Below the pieces are notes generated by a model. The model ran no database searches. It had not been told where the DNA came from and saw nothing but the letters and a program-made list of their open reading frames with translations. DNA of 64,000 nucleotides from Fidelibacterota bacterium. GTDB taxonomy: Bacteria; Pseudomonadota; Alphaproteobacteria; Rhodospirillales; Rhodospirillaceae. Position 1 is the first letter of the stretch. The number at the start of each line of letters is the position of its first letter. Shown here piece after piece: positions 1 through 10,700 of this stretch. The position numbers and the translations under genes are program-made. Where the stretch lies: assembly GCA_947475895.1 (NCBI GenBank), contig CANJMF010000006.1:17184-81183 (forward strand), given 5' to 3'.

Positions 1-1286
1 TCGCCTTCATATCGCTGGGCGTTTCGTCGCCGTAACCATTGTAGCCGGCGAACGTGTAGACAGGCCGCGCGCGGAAGGTCCAAACATTCAGCGCGCCCGG
101 AGTTTCCGCAGTCGCCGCTTTGCCGGTCTTGGGATTGATATACATCGTGCCCCAAAGCGTGTTGCCCGATTTCGCGCCCGCAGGCGCTATGACATAGGGG
201 AACACCTTCACGCACAGCTCGGGATCACCGCCGCCACACACCGTGAAGCGATACACCTGCGGCGCGCCGGGATGGTCGCACGCCAATTGGTCGAGGGCAT
301 CGTCGGTGCATAAATAGCGATAGACGGTCTTGCCTTGCGAATCACCCAAGACCAAACCAACCAAGGTTTCCTTGATTGTGAAACCCTTCGGCGGCTCGGG
401 CGTTCTTTGCGTGTAAACGTTATGCCAACGCGGGATATCGCTCCCGTCGAGGGAGTCGATTTTCGGATCGCTCAGATGCCGGTAAACGGGCTTGCCCCGG
501 AACGCCCATTGCCGAACGCCAGGCGCGCGTTCAAACGACGTCCATTCACCGATCGGACGCGCGTAGTCCGCGGCCAAAACGGGCGACCAGCCATCAAGAC
601 ACGCATCGAAACAGTTCGACTTGTTGCGGCTGTCGCCATCGTGCGTATAGACGGACCAATGGTCCTGCAGCACAAGAAGGCGGCCCAGCATTGTCGTGCG
701 AACCGCGAACTGCGAGGGCACGTTGGGCTCGGCGACAAGCGGGTGCCGCTGAACACCGATCTCGCCCATGTCATACATCATGACGGAGCCGCCCAAGGTG
801 TCGCCGGGCTTCTTATCCAAAACGGACGTGTACAAAGCCCAATTGTCATACGCCCACTGCTTGCGTCCGTCGGGGCGGTCAAGAATGGTCCACTTTCCAA
901 CTGGCTTCGCGTCGGCCGCAGCAAAAACCGGTGGCCACACGGTCGTACAGCTCGGGCGCGTATCGACTTCAGGCATCTCAAGGCCGCCCGGATACGGGCT
1001 CATCAGCCCCGCGTTCACGCGCTGAACTTTGTCCTCGCACGCCGGCTTACCCTGCACTTCGCCGGCATCGCCGTTACGCAAATTTGTCTGCGGCCACTTA
1101 TAAAGCGTCCGACCTTGCGCGTCGGCATAGACAGGGCCTTCGAGTTCCGACGGGACAATTTGAAAGCCCGGCGGCATCGGCGCGCGAATGGAATCTTCCT
1201 TCTCGCCGGCAGCATAGGCGTGCACGCCCGCCGTCATCGCAAACGCCACGGCCGAAACAGTGAGAACACTTCGCAACAGTCTCATC
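1..1286 (-). CDS. exported Cys-rich repeat protein, paralog of 2461..3846 (COG4315/PF03640-like repeats); C-terminus runs off the window
   Basis: Not in the ORF track because there is no stop in the window. Manual translation from the ATG at 1286 gives MRLLRSVLTVSAVAFAMTAGVHA/YAAGEKEDSIRAPMPPGFQIV... It aligns along its length with the 461-aa product of 2461..3846; shared blocks include AADAKPVGKWTI, KQWAY..LYTS, NKSNC, CGGGD and VFPYVIA. Confidence 0.75.
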
Positions 1287-1315
1287 TGCAATCCTCAAAT
1301 AAGCGCATCGTTATC

Positions 1316-2437
1316 TTATCGGGCATTCGCCTGACTGGATTTACGCACGTCCGATGCTGTCTTCGGCTCGTCGTGTTGAACATAGACCTGCTTAAAGGTC
1401 ACCTCTTCCACCGCGGAGATGGCGGTATTCTTTCCATTCGCATCCGGATAAGCGTCGGCCAATCGGAACAGGGCGCGATACAGCGACGGCGAAGACTCTT
1501 GGCCGTAGCTGAGAGAGTGTGTGCCCAAAGCACCGTTGATGGCCCGGTACCAGCTCTTCACATCCAGATATCCCGCGATGACGCCCTTCGCGCTTTCAGG
1601 CGTGAGATTCAATTTCACCCGCCCGTCGCGAAAACGATAGAAGGTCCGATCTTCAAACCCAAAAATATACGGTCGGTTGATTTCGCCGGGATCGGAGGTC
1701 AGCACACCGTTCACGATCTTGCCGTGCGCAGGTCTTTTGAACAGCTTCCCCCACCGCTCGTCGACGCGCTGTGTGGCGTAGGGCAGGAATTCAGTGCCGC
1801 CTGCGTCCGCCAGCACAGCGTCGAGGCCGCGATAGAACGTCACCGTCACATCGTCGTCGTTCACAAGGTCATCGACATTGGTGATTTCGATAACGGTGTG
1901 CGGGTAAAAATAGCGCGTCAGGTACTTATTCCAGAGGAAGTACAGGCTGCCGCCCGGACGCATGTCCGACACACAGCCGTAGACGCGATTGAATTGGTTA
2001 TCGATGCCCTTCTCGCCGTCCGGGCTGGTGTAATCATTCGGGCCGACCTTACCGTCGAGATTGAGGCCCGGCGCAACCGTGCCGACCGGCTCCTTGAATT
2101 TGAACTCCTTGGCGGTGCTCGGCTCCGGCCCTGTATCTGGAAACCAAACAGCGGCTTCACGCGTCAGCTCCGTCTCCGCGACCGTGCGCTGTTTGCCGTC
2201 CTTCGGAAACAAAGCAGAATACTGCTCGCGCGGGCCGTCATTGAAACCGTCGGGGCATTCCGTCGCTTTCTCGGTCGCATATGTCGCCCAGTGCACGCCG
2301 GTCATGACATAGCCGATCGAGCGATTGCGGATCGCTGCAGACGGCGCATCGGCATTTGCGCTCGTTGCTCCCAGACCAACAACGCCCAACGCCGCGATCA
2401 GCGCTTGTTTCGTCAACATTGCTTTTTTCATCTTCAT
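1316..2437 (-). CDS. exported protein of unknown function (373 aa)
   Basis: Long ORF with a signal-peptide-like N-terminus (MKMKKAMLTKQALIAALGVVGLGATSANA) and balanced composition. It sits between the two paralogs in the same-strand cluster. I recognise no family. Confidence 0.7.
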   Translation of the reverse strand: MKMKKAMLTKQALIAALGVVGLGATSANADAPSAAIRNRSIGYVMTGVHWATYATEKATECPDGFNDGPREQYSALFPKDGKQRTVAETELTREAAVWFPDTGPEPSTAKEFKFKEPVGTVAPGLNLDGKVGPNDYTSPDGEKGIDNQFNRVYGCVSDMRPGGSLYFLWNKYLTRYFYPHTVIEITNVDDLVNDDDVTVTFYRGLDAVLADAGGTEFLPYATQRVDERWGKLFKRPAHGKIVNGVLTSDPGEINRPYIFGFEDRTFYRFRDGRVKLNLTPESAKGVIAGYLDVKSWYRAINGALGTHSLSYGQESSPSLYRALFRLADAYPDANGKNTAISAVEEVTFKQVYVQHDEPKTASDVRKSSQANAR

Positions 2438-2460
2438 TTCCTCTACGACAGAGTTGCCAG

Positions 2461-3846
2461 CTAGTTGCCGCGGCCTGCGCCGTCCAACTCTCCGCGAAAA
2501 TCATCTCGCACCCAAAACGCCTGGAATCCGTTGCGCACGCCGTGATCTTGGCCCCAGCTATCGCCTTCGATATCGCCCTTCACTTCGTCGCCGGCGAAAT
2601 AGTAAAGCGGACGACCGCGATAGGCCCAAATGTGAAGTGATCCCGGCGTGCCTGCCGCCACATAACGGCCGGTCATCGGATTGATGTCTCTGACGCTCCA
2701 GCTCACGCTCTCGCTTTTGGCGCTCGCTTCGGCGATCACATAAGGGAACGTTTTTAAGCAGCGCGTCACATCGCCGCCGCCGCACATGGCCAAGCGATAC
2801 TCCTGCGGCATGTCGGGAGAGTCGCAATAAAGCGTATCGAGCGTGTCCTCATTGCACGAATAAAAGTAGACCGTTCGACCGTGCGCGTCGGTACGAACCA
2901 AGCCGCCGCGCGTATCCGCATAACCCCACCCAGCCGGCATCGGCGGTGCCGGTTGCGTGAACACATTGTGCCATCCCGGCACATCGCTTCCTTCATAGCT
3001 GCGATTGCGCGTATCAGCTGCGTGCGTGTACAGCGGCTGACCGCGATAAGCCCACTGCCGCTTACCGTCTTGGCGCTGAATGACAGTCCACTCACCTTGT
3101 GAGACCGCGAACTCAGGCGCGAGGATTGGCGGCCAAGTGTCGGCGCAATCTCCCGTGCAATTCGACTTGTTCGCTTTGTCCTTGTCGCTGACATAGACCG
3201 AAGCGCCTTTGGTCGTTTGCAGCATGCGTCCCAGCGCCATCGATTGGGCTTTCATCTCGACCGGAACCAGGGGCATTGGAGCCACGGGTTCGCGCGGCGC
3301 GCCGCCAGAGGGTGCGTCGCGGACTTTGCGATAGGACCCACCATTGGTCTCGCCCGGCAGGTGATCCAAATGCGAGGTGTACAAAGGATACCCTCTGTAC
3401 GCCCACTGCTTGATCCCGTCGGAGCGGCTGATGATCGTCCACTTGCCCACGGGCTTCGCGTCCGCGGCGGCCGCGAACGGCGGCCAATGTTGCGTGCACG
3501 TGGGATGATGATCTGCATCGGGAAGCAAATTGCCGGCCGGATATGGGCTCGTATAGCCGACCGTTTCGCGCGTCGGCGTATTGAAGCACGTGGGCTTGCC
3601 GACGTTGTCGCCGGCTCCGCCGTTACGCAGGAATTGAACGGGCCAACGATAGATCGTGCGCCCTTGCGCGTCGGCGAACACATTGCCTTCCAGCTCGGTG
3701 TTGACGACTTGAACGCCCGCCGGCATCGGCTCGCGGATATAATCTTCCCTAAGCACCTTCGCGCTTGCCGCGAATGCGCCGCTGCCATAAGCCGCAACGC
3801 ATCCCGCAATCACAGAAACGAGCGTCAGTATCCGGACGAAGCGCAT
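2461..3846 (-). CDS. exported Cys-rich repeat protein (COG4315/PF03640-like secreted repeat)
   Basis: Signal peptide MRFVRILTLVSVIAGCVAAYGSGAFA. Units of the type W-A-Y-R-G-x-P-L-Y-x-x-x-x-D recur (KQWAYRGYPLYTSHLD, RQWAYRGQPLYTHAAD, IWAYRGRPLYYFAGD). Confidence 0.7.
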   Translation of the reverse strand: MRFVRILTLVSVIAGCVAAYGSGAFAASAKVLREDYIREPMPAGVQVVNTELEGNVFADAQGRTIYRWPVQFLRNGGAGDNVGKPTCFNTPTRETVGYTSPYPAGNLLPDADHHPTCTQHWPPFAAAADAKPVGKWTIISRSDGIKQWAYRGYPLYTSHLDHLPGETNGGSYRKVRDAPSGGAPREPVAPMPLVPVEMKAQSMALGRMLQTTKGASVYVSDKDKANKSNCTGDCADTWPPILAPEFAVSQGEWTVIQRQDGKRQWAYRGQPLYTHAADTRNRSYEGSDVPGWHNVFTQPAPPMPAGWGYADTRGGLVRTDAHGRTVYFYSCNEDTLDTLYCDSPDMPQEYRLAMCGGGDVTRCLKTFPYVIAEASAKSESVSWSVRDINPMTGRYVAAGTPGSLHIWAYRGRPLYYFAGDEVKGDIEGDSWGQDHGVRNGFQAFWVRDDFRGELDGAGRGN

Positions 3847-3921
3847 TCAAAGCCCTCCCAAGGCTGATGCAAGTATTGAGGCTTACCGGCGCGAAGCCCC
3901 GTTTCGCCTGGAGTCAAAACC

Positions 3922-5259
3922 CTAAACCAGAATGTCGCTGATCACTTTCGACGTCGTGTTGCTTCTCGTGCCCCACCGCGGCAGATCGAGACCCATGACG
4001 CGCATGGCGGTGTAGCCGATTTCCGTGATCGCGGAATCTTTGCCGTCGATGTGATAACCGGTTTTCACTTTTCCGCCGGCGCGGCCGGCCGTAAATGCCG
4101 CGAGACCGTCGAGCGAGTGAATGCGCGCGAAGCCCTGCTCCGAGTGACCATAAATCAGCATGTTGTCGAGCAGTGAACCATCGCCCTCTTTGATCTTTTC
4201 GAACGCCTGCACGAAGTACAGCCAGCTTTCCATGGAACGGCGCGTGAACCACGACACGACCGGCTGATATCCAAGTGCCGCATCGACCGGCTCTTCATGC
4301 GTGCAAGTATGATGCGGCTTCTCATAGCCCTGCTTCACGGTGTTCGCCGTCGAAGCGGCATAGAACATATTGAAAACGCGCGTTTGGTCGCAAGCGATCG
4401 CCATGGCCAACAGGTCGGCCATCATGTTGTGACGCTCGGACAGCGTCTTCACTTCGATGCCGGCAATGGGATCGTGATCGGCGGCGGTGCCGGGGTGGCA
4501 AGCTGCCAGCGGCTCGGGCTTGGCCAATTGCTGATCCATTTGGTGTTCGATCGCGCGCAGGCCGGTGAAATACTGATCGAGCCGCGCTTTATCTTCCGCG
4601 CCCACATAACGGTTGATGTCTTTAATGTCGTCGGTCACAGCCGACAACGCGCTGCGGCGAAGCATGATTCGCGGGTTCGGCGTGAACGTGGTCGCGTTCG
4701 GATCAGGGAAGCTGGGTCCAAACAACCGCGTGTAGAAATCGATCGGCGAAGATTCCGCCGGAACCGGAGACGTCTGCCCTTCATAAGACAGGCTCGCGCG
4801 GCCATCGCCCGTTGCGGTCGCGGTCAGCATTTTGAAGCGCGTGGTGCGGCCGATCTTGTTGGCGATCGTGACGTCGAGCGTTTCGCCCGGTCTGTCATTT
4901 TGCTGCGCCGGCGCCTGCCCCGTGCGCGTCGTCACCCAGCCGGTGTAGTGGCAGATGTTTTCCGACGCATCGCGGAAGGCTGTGTAGTTCGTGAGGACGT
5001 TGATCTGGTTCTGAATCGGCTTCAGACATTCGATTTCCTCGGGGAACTCGTAATTGGTGCCGACCTTTTTGGGAACGAACACCGACTTGCTGATGCCAAG
5101 ACCCCAGGTCCAGGTCCCGAAGCGCACCGGAAGCGGCTTGCCCGACGCCAGCGCCGTGCCGTTGCCATTCAGGAAACAATTGAGAAACGGCAATGCCACG
5201 GTCACCGCGCTCCCGCCCAGCATTCCGCGCAGGACTCTGCGTCGATTGAAACCCGTCAT
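3922..5259 (-). CDS. DUF1552 domain protein with twin-arginine signal
   Basis: N-terminus MTGFNRRRVLRGMLGGSAVTVALPFLN is typical of DUF1552 proteins. It starts 9 nt downstream of the stop of its usual DUF1592-type partner. Confidence 0.7.
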   Translation of the reverse strand: MTGFNRRRVLRGMLGGSAVTVALPFLNCFLNGNGTALASGKPLPVRFGTWTWGLGISKSVFVPKKVGTNYEFPEEIECLKPIQNQINVLTNYTAFRDASENICHYTGWVTTRTGQAPAQQNDRPGETLDVTIANKIGRTTRFKMLTATATGDGRASLSYEGQTSPVPAESSPIDFYTRLFGPSFPDPNATTFTPNPRIMLRRSALSAVTDDIKDINRYVGAEDKARLDQYFTGLRAIEHQMDQQLAKPEPLAACHPGTAADHDPIAGIEVKTLSERHNMMADLLAMAIACDQTRVFNMFYAASTANTVKQGYEKPHHTCTHEEPVDAALGYQPVVSWFTRRSMESWLYFVQAFEKIKEGDGSLLDNMLIYGHSEQGFARIHSLDGLAAFTAGRAGGKVKTGYHIDGKDSAITEIGYTAMRVMGLDLPRWGTRSNTTSKVISDILV

Positions 5260-5268
5260 GACACTCTC

Positions 5269-7026
5269 CTACTTGTTTCCACTAGTGGTCTGTTCGCTCG
5301 CAGGCGATGCGCTGGCTGTTTTCACTGGCGCTGCCGGTGCGTCTTTCGGCTCGGCGGCGGCGAATGAATTACTGAGCGCAATCGCCCGCATTAACTCGGG
5401 CATCCGATAACCTTCGGCCGCAAAACGCTTCGCGAAATAATCGACAATCGGCTGCTGTTCCCGGTCAAGTCGACCACCGGTCGCATAAGTATAGACGCGC
5501 TTGACCAAGCAGGCCGGCACCGCCGGGTTGTCGTGGAGCGCCTGACTCAAACCAACGACGTCTTTGAAATCTTTGCCGTCCAAACTGCCGCTGGTGTCGA
5601 TGGGCGCGCCGTTTTCCGTCTCACGATATTGCCCAGAACCGTCGAAATTCTCAAGGGCGAGCCCCATAGGATCGGTGATGCGATGGCAGCCCGCACACAC
5701 GGGATTGGCGCGGTGCGCCGCCAAACGTTCGCGTGCCGTCTTCAAGGTCACGTCCGGGTTTTCGACCGCCGAGAAATCAACGTTTGCGGGCGGACGCGGC
5801 ACCGATTGGCACATCAGCAATTCCCGCAAGGCCTTACCGCGTAAGGTGGGCGATGTCCGGCCCGGATGCGAGTGTAAGGCCAGGAAACTGATTTGCGTCA
5901 GTAACCCGACGCGCTGGCTGTTCGGTGCGGCTTCATATGGTCGCCAGGTCACACCCGCCGGCAGCTGATAAAGCGTTGCCAACGACGGTGCGATGAAGCT
6001 GTCGCGGGTTGTAAAGAGATCTCGGTAGTCGCCTTTATGAGTGAGAAGATGATCCGTGATCATGCGTAAAGTTTGCTCGCGCGCTTCCACGACCGCTTGG
6101 CCCGTAAAGGCGGGATAAACCTTCGGGTCCTTCGCAAGATTTTCGAAGGCATCAAATCCAAGCATGTCACCGAAGAAAGCGCGCACGCCGTCTTCGAGTT
6201 TGACGCTCGCCAGCATCGCGTCGACCACGCGTGCCCGCCCCTTCATGCTGTAGAGTTCGCCGCTCGCGGCCGCTTTCAGCATTGCGCTGTCGGGTGCCGT
6301 GTTCCACAGGAAGAAACTTAAACGCGAGGCGAGCGAATAAGCGTCGAGGCGCATTTGACCGGGGTGCTGCGGATCAGCTTCCCAAAGCTCGTCGATGAAC
6401 AGAGTCTTCGGGCTGACCAGCATGGTCTCCAGCGATACTGAGAGACCGACATAAAAATCCTTCAAACGGTCGGCGCTGCTGCCTGCGATCCCAACGACCT
6501 CGTCAAGCTTGGCCTGTGACAACGGGCGGCGGAATAAAAGTGTACCGACGCGCGACAGGAACATCGTCGCGCACGCTTTGTCCGATGCTCTTTCCTCGAC
6601 GGGCTTGCAGGGAATGAGAAACTCGCGGCGCTCGGGCGCGACAACCATGTCCGCAACCAGCGAAGCGATGCGGTGATAGTTTTCAACTTGGCTATCGGTG
6701 AGCCCAATGTAGGCCCCGCCGATTGCGATCAAACCTTCGGTCCGCTCTGCCGGCGCAAAGCTCAGCGCGGGAACCGCATCGGCGCCAAAAATATTGGCCA
6801 GTGTATTGCGGTACTGCTCTTGTGAAATCAGACGCAGGTGGCTTTTCAAGGCAATTTGCGGCTCTTTGCCGGCGACGACCGCCCCACCGGCATTTTCATG
6901 AGACGCGGGCTGAGAGCACGACGCCAAAGCAGCCAAACTCGCCAACGCGAAAACACCACCCTTCAAAGAAGGCAGCAATTTTCTAAATCTCGTGGTGCCG
7001 CTCTGATGTGCCTGCTGCTGAAACAA
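5269..7026 (-). CDS. DUF1592/DUF1588/DUF1585-type lipoprotein with a CXXCH motif
   Basis: Lipobox-like LAALASCS. The C-terminal block ERLAAHRANPVCAGCHRITDPMGLALENFD matches the conserved DUF1588/DUF1585 region as I remember it. The gene is paired with the DUF1552 gene. Confidence 0.65.
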   Translation of the reverse strand: MFQQQAHQSGTTRFRKLLPSLKGGVFALASLAALASCSQPASHENAGGAVVAGKEPQIALKSHLRLISQEQYRNTLANIFGADAVPALSFAPAERTEGLIAIGGAYIGLTDSQVENYHRIASLVADMVVAPERREFLIPCKPVEERASDKACATMFLSRVGTLLFRRPLSQAKLDEVVGIAGSSADRLKDFYVGLSVSLETMLVSPKTLFIDELWEADPQHPGQMRLDAYSLASRLSFFLWNTAPDSAMLKAAASGELYSMKGRARVVDAMLASVKLEDGVRAFFGDMLGFDAFENLAKDPKVYPAFTGQAVVEAREQTLRMITDHLLTHKGDYRDLFTTRDSFIAPSLATLYQLPAGVTWRPYEAAPNSQRVGLLTQISFLALHSHPGRTSPTLRGKALRELLMCQSVPRPPANVDFSAVENPDVTLKTARERLAAHRANPVCAGCHRITDPMGLALENFDGSGQYRETENGAPIDTSGSLDGKDFKDVVGLSQALHDNPAVPACLVKRVYTYATGGRLDREQQPIVDYFAKRFAAEGYRMPELMRAIALSNSFAAAEPKDAPAAPVKTASASPASEQTTSGNK

Positions 7027-7112
7027 AACGCGCCGCTCCTTTAAGCCGTCTATCGAACCCGGAGCTTCAGCTGCGCGCCAAGATCAGCGCGCAGCCTCCG
7101 CACTCTCCGAGA

Positions 7113-7697
7113 TTAGTACTTACCCAGTTCTCCGTTGTGCTCCATCTGGATGAGCTGGATCGAAATGCCATCCGGATCGAAGAAGTAGAGTCCGTCGCCG
7201 GCGTCCTTTGTGTGGAACGGGCGTGGGTCCTTCACTTCCGGGAAGCGCTTCTTGATCTCTTTAGCAATGCGCGCGAACTCCGCCTGCGGAACCTTCGTGC
7301 CGTACGCCGCATGCGTCATCACGCCCGACTTCCCTTCATCGCCGCCATCCGGCGAATCCGGACGCGGGCCCGTGGGATTGCTGAGCGTGATCCAGCAACC
7401 GTTCCCCGGCTTTGCACCCGGCAGAGACATCGTCAGGTAGCTGGGAAGACGATCGCCCTGCGGTTTCGCGCCGAAGATAAACGAATAAAACTCGGCCGAC
7501 TTTTTCACGTCTTTCACAAGCAAGTGAACGTGATTGATCGACATCGCAGGCGCAAGCGGCGCTGGTTCTGCCGCTTGTGCCGTAGTGGCACCGGCTAAAG
7601 CTCCACCGGTTGCCAGCGCCAACCCCGTCAGCAATTGCCGACGGTTAAGTTGGCCTTTGTCGTACTGGTCTAACAAACCATCCAAATTAGCAGCCAT
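7113..7697 (-). CDS. VOC (glyoxalase/bleomycin-resistance/dioxygenase) family protein with TAT signal
   Basis: NRRQLLTGLALATGGALAGATTAQA is followed by INHVHLLVKDVKKSAEFY and YFFDPDGISIQLIQ, which are typical VOC beta-alpha-beta-beta-beta motifs. Confidence 0.7.
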   Translation of the reverse strand: MAANLDGLLDQYDKGQLNRRQLLTGLALATGGALAGATTAQAAEPAPLAPAMSINHVHLLVKDVKKSAEFYSFIFGAKPQGDRLPSYLTMSLPGAKPGNGCWITLSNPTGPRPDSPDGGDEGKSGVMTHAAYGTKVPQAEFARIAKEIKKRFPEVKDPRPFHTKDAGDGLYFFDPDGISIQLIQMEHNGELGKY

Positions 7698-7745
7698 TAT
7701 CTCTCTCCTATGAAACGTATGAAAATGTAAAAGCTCTCACTTTCC

Positions 7746-10700
7746 TTACATCTTGAAGCGAAGACCCGCGCGATAGACCGTACCGAATTGGTCATACAGC
7801 GTGGGGCTGCTGCCAATGCTGATGAAGAACTGGTTGCCGAGGCCGCGGCCCGACAACGGCGGATCAGTGTTGAGCAGGTTCTTCGCGGAAATGAAGAACT
7901 CACCCGACGTCGTTTCGCCGAATGTCATTTTGTAAGTGACGTTCGCGTCCATGTAGAAGCGACCGCCAAGGAAGTTGTTATTGATCGTCGGGCGTGTCGC
8001 GGTCGACGTGGGGCAACCAGACGTACACTCGATGTAAGTCGAGTCGAACTTGCCGCTGCTGACGCCGCGTCCCGTCACTGAGACCACAACCGGGTCAAGT
8101 GCATAGGTCGCGGTTACGTCGAACTTCCAATTCGGCGGGAAGCCTTCACCCAACGAGTAGCCGTTTTGACCAACGCGGTCATAGGTCGGAATGAAGGTGT
8201 TGTTGATGCGGTCGCGCAGATAGAACGTCATCAAGCCATGCAGAGACAGATCGCCACGCCAATCGTCGACGACCTTCGACATCGGAATGCGATAGCTTGC
8301 TTCCAAATCCAGGCCGCGGACGTTCTGCGACGCTAAGTTGATGGAGAAGACGTTGATCTGCGAGATGCGGCCCGTGCTGTCGCGGGTAATGTTTCCGCAA
8401 AGCTCGGGGTGCGTTCCGTCAAAACATGTATCGATGATTTGCTGGCCGCCGAAGGCCTGGAGCGCGCCGCTGATCGCCACATCCCAGAAGTCGACCGACG
8501 CGGTAAAGCCATCGATGAATGTCGGCGAGAACACCACGCCGATCCCCGTCGTATCGCCTTTTTCCGGCACGAGGTTGGGGTTGCCGACCGTGGCTGTTCC
8601 CATCGTACCCGGGGTCGTTTCATTACTGCGGAAACGATCGAGGAAGATGCTGCCCAACGTGATCTGAGGCGTGAGGAACAACTCATACAGTGTGGGCGCG
8701 CGAATATCGCGTGACCGTGTGATGCGGAACTTCAAGTCGTCGATCGGCGCGTAAGTCGTGCCGAACTTATAAGTCGTCACGTAGCCCGCGAGCGAGTAGC
8801 CCGTGAAGCGCACGGCGGCCGTGAAGTCCCAGCTTTTGGCCCAGCTTTCGTTCTTCGCCAACGGAATGACTGTTTCCAAGCTGCCTTCCGTCACGGATTG
8901 AGAACCGTTCACCGTTCCGTAGTTGCCGACATAGTGATCGAAGATGGTCGAGTACTGGTCCGCCGCCGAGGCTTGGCTGTCCAAACGATGTTCCAAGTTC
9001 ACCGCGACTGAAACCGGGCCGGCTGGAACCGAGAACGGCTCGCCGGTGATGGAGGCGGAGTAAACCGTTTCTTCGTTCAGGATGTGCTGGAAGCTGCCGA
9101 TACCATTGTTGTTCATCCAATTATAAGCGGCATCATTTCCGGTGTTCACACCGATGCCCAGCGCATTCCAGGGCTTACAGCCGTTCGTCGGATTGGTCAG
9201 CGTCGAGCGGCAAACGATTTGGCCGTTCGCCGGATTCACAACCGCATCGATCGCCAAGGCAAAGCGCGATTTCTGCACGCCGCCCGGGTTATGCATGCCG
9301 CCTTTGGTGGCGCCGTAGGCGTAATAAGTGCTCCAACGCCACGTCGTATCCATGGCTTCAAAATTGCCTTCAACGCCCGCGTGGATGCTGTTCGTGACGC
9401 GCAAATCGTCGTCACCGAACGACGTCTTGAAATCGGCGCTCAAGGTGCCGAACTGGAACGTCGTAAGACCATTCGCGGTCATCGCCGCGCGAACCGAGTC
9501 CGGCAGATAGGCGTTATCGATTTTAATCGTCGGACCGGTCGCTCCGCCAAGAATGAAGTTGGTGTTCATGTCGTTGCGGTCTGTCATCTGCGACCACGAG
9601 TACTGAATAAACATATTCAGATTGTCGGTTACGTCGTAGCTGACGCGGGTGAACACGTTCTGCCGCGATTGAACCGGATCAAGATCGTAATTTGGCTGCA
9701 CGTTGTTGGCAGCCCAATCGCCACCCTGCATGAAATTGCCCGATACGAGTGGACCGTATTGGTATTTGTAGGGTGTGCCGCCGGAACCGAAGGCCGTGCC
9801 TTTCAACGGACCAGAAACAATGACGCCGCCCAGCGTTGCATTGGCGACGGCAACTTGATCTAGAAGCAGGTACTGCGGTTGGCCGTTCGTCGCCGAGTAT
9901 GTCGGGTTAGTGATATACATCACGCCGCGCTTGTTCCAATCCCGGTCGCCGCTCTTTTGGATACCTTTGTTGAACAATTGCTCGCCGGACAACAGAACGT
10001 GTCCGCGGTCATCGGCGAAGCCAAACCCGGCCGACATGTCGACCTTATAGTTCTTGCCGTCGCCGTAATTGGTCAGGCCGCCTGAGATTTCGCCTTTCAC
10101 GCCGGTGAATTTACGATCGAGAATGAAGTTCACTACGCCGGAGACGGCGTCCGATCCGTAAACGGCCGATGCACCGCCGGTGATCATGTCGACGCGCTGG
10201 ACCAACTGCTGCGGGAAGGTGCCGACGTCGATGGCACCGGTGACCGAGGAACTGACCACACGTTGACCATCGAGCAGCACGAGCGCGCGCGCGGTTCCGA
10301 GCGAGCGCAGACCCAGGATCTGCAGACCCACTGTTCCGGTGTTGACGAGGTTCTGTCCGCTGGACGGAAGGTTGCTTCCCGACACCGCCGGCATCGAGTT
10401 GAGGAAGTCGACCAAGTTCGCATCCGGACGCGATGCAAGCGCTTCCGCTCCGACCACCGTCAGCGGCGTCGGCGCTTCATAACCTTCGCGAATGATGCGC
10501 GATCCGGTAACGACAATTTCTTCAACTGGCGCTGCTTGCGCGGCCTGAGAGGACGCTGCCGGCGCCGATGACGCTTGAGCGACCTGAACTTCGACCGCAG
10601 CGATTTTGCTTAAGGTCGGCGTTGCTTGATTGCGCAAGGTTATGAACTTGCCCTCTTCCGACGCGATCGTCAGACCGGTGCCGGCGAGCAAAATTGCGAG

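Noticed and set aside
335-2464. 709-aa plus-strand ORF, the longest ORF in the left region
   Set aside because: It is Arg/Ala/His-rich with no motifs. It lies exactly antisense to two well-supported minus-strand genes with signal peptides, so it reads as a typical high-GC antisense shadow ORF.
4297-5367. 356-aa plus-strand ORF, together with similar long antisense ORFs elsewhere (7008..7598, 9084..9863, 15289..15909, 18197..19045, 19868..20743, 23203..24114, 24733..25479, 28485..29189, 30181..30795, 31011..31628, 32634..33602, 43639..44313, 45504..46085)
   Set aside because: All of them overlap confidently recognised genes (DUF1552, TBDR, GST, 2-hydroxyacid dehydrogenase, DUF1801/GSCFA, gatB, gatA, pyrC-like, dprA, topA, prfC, FNR) on the opposite strand. 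Their composition is Arg-rich and low-complexity.
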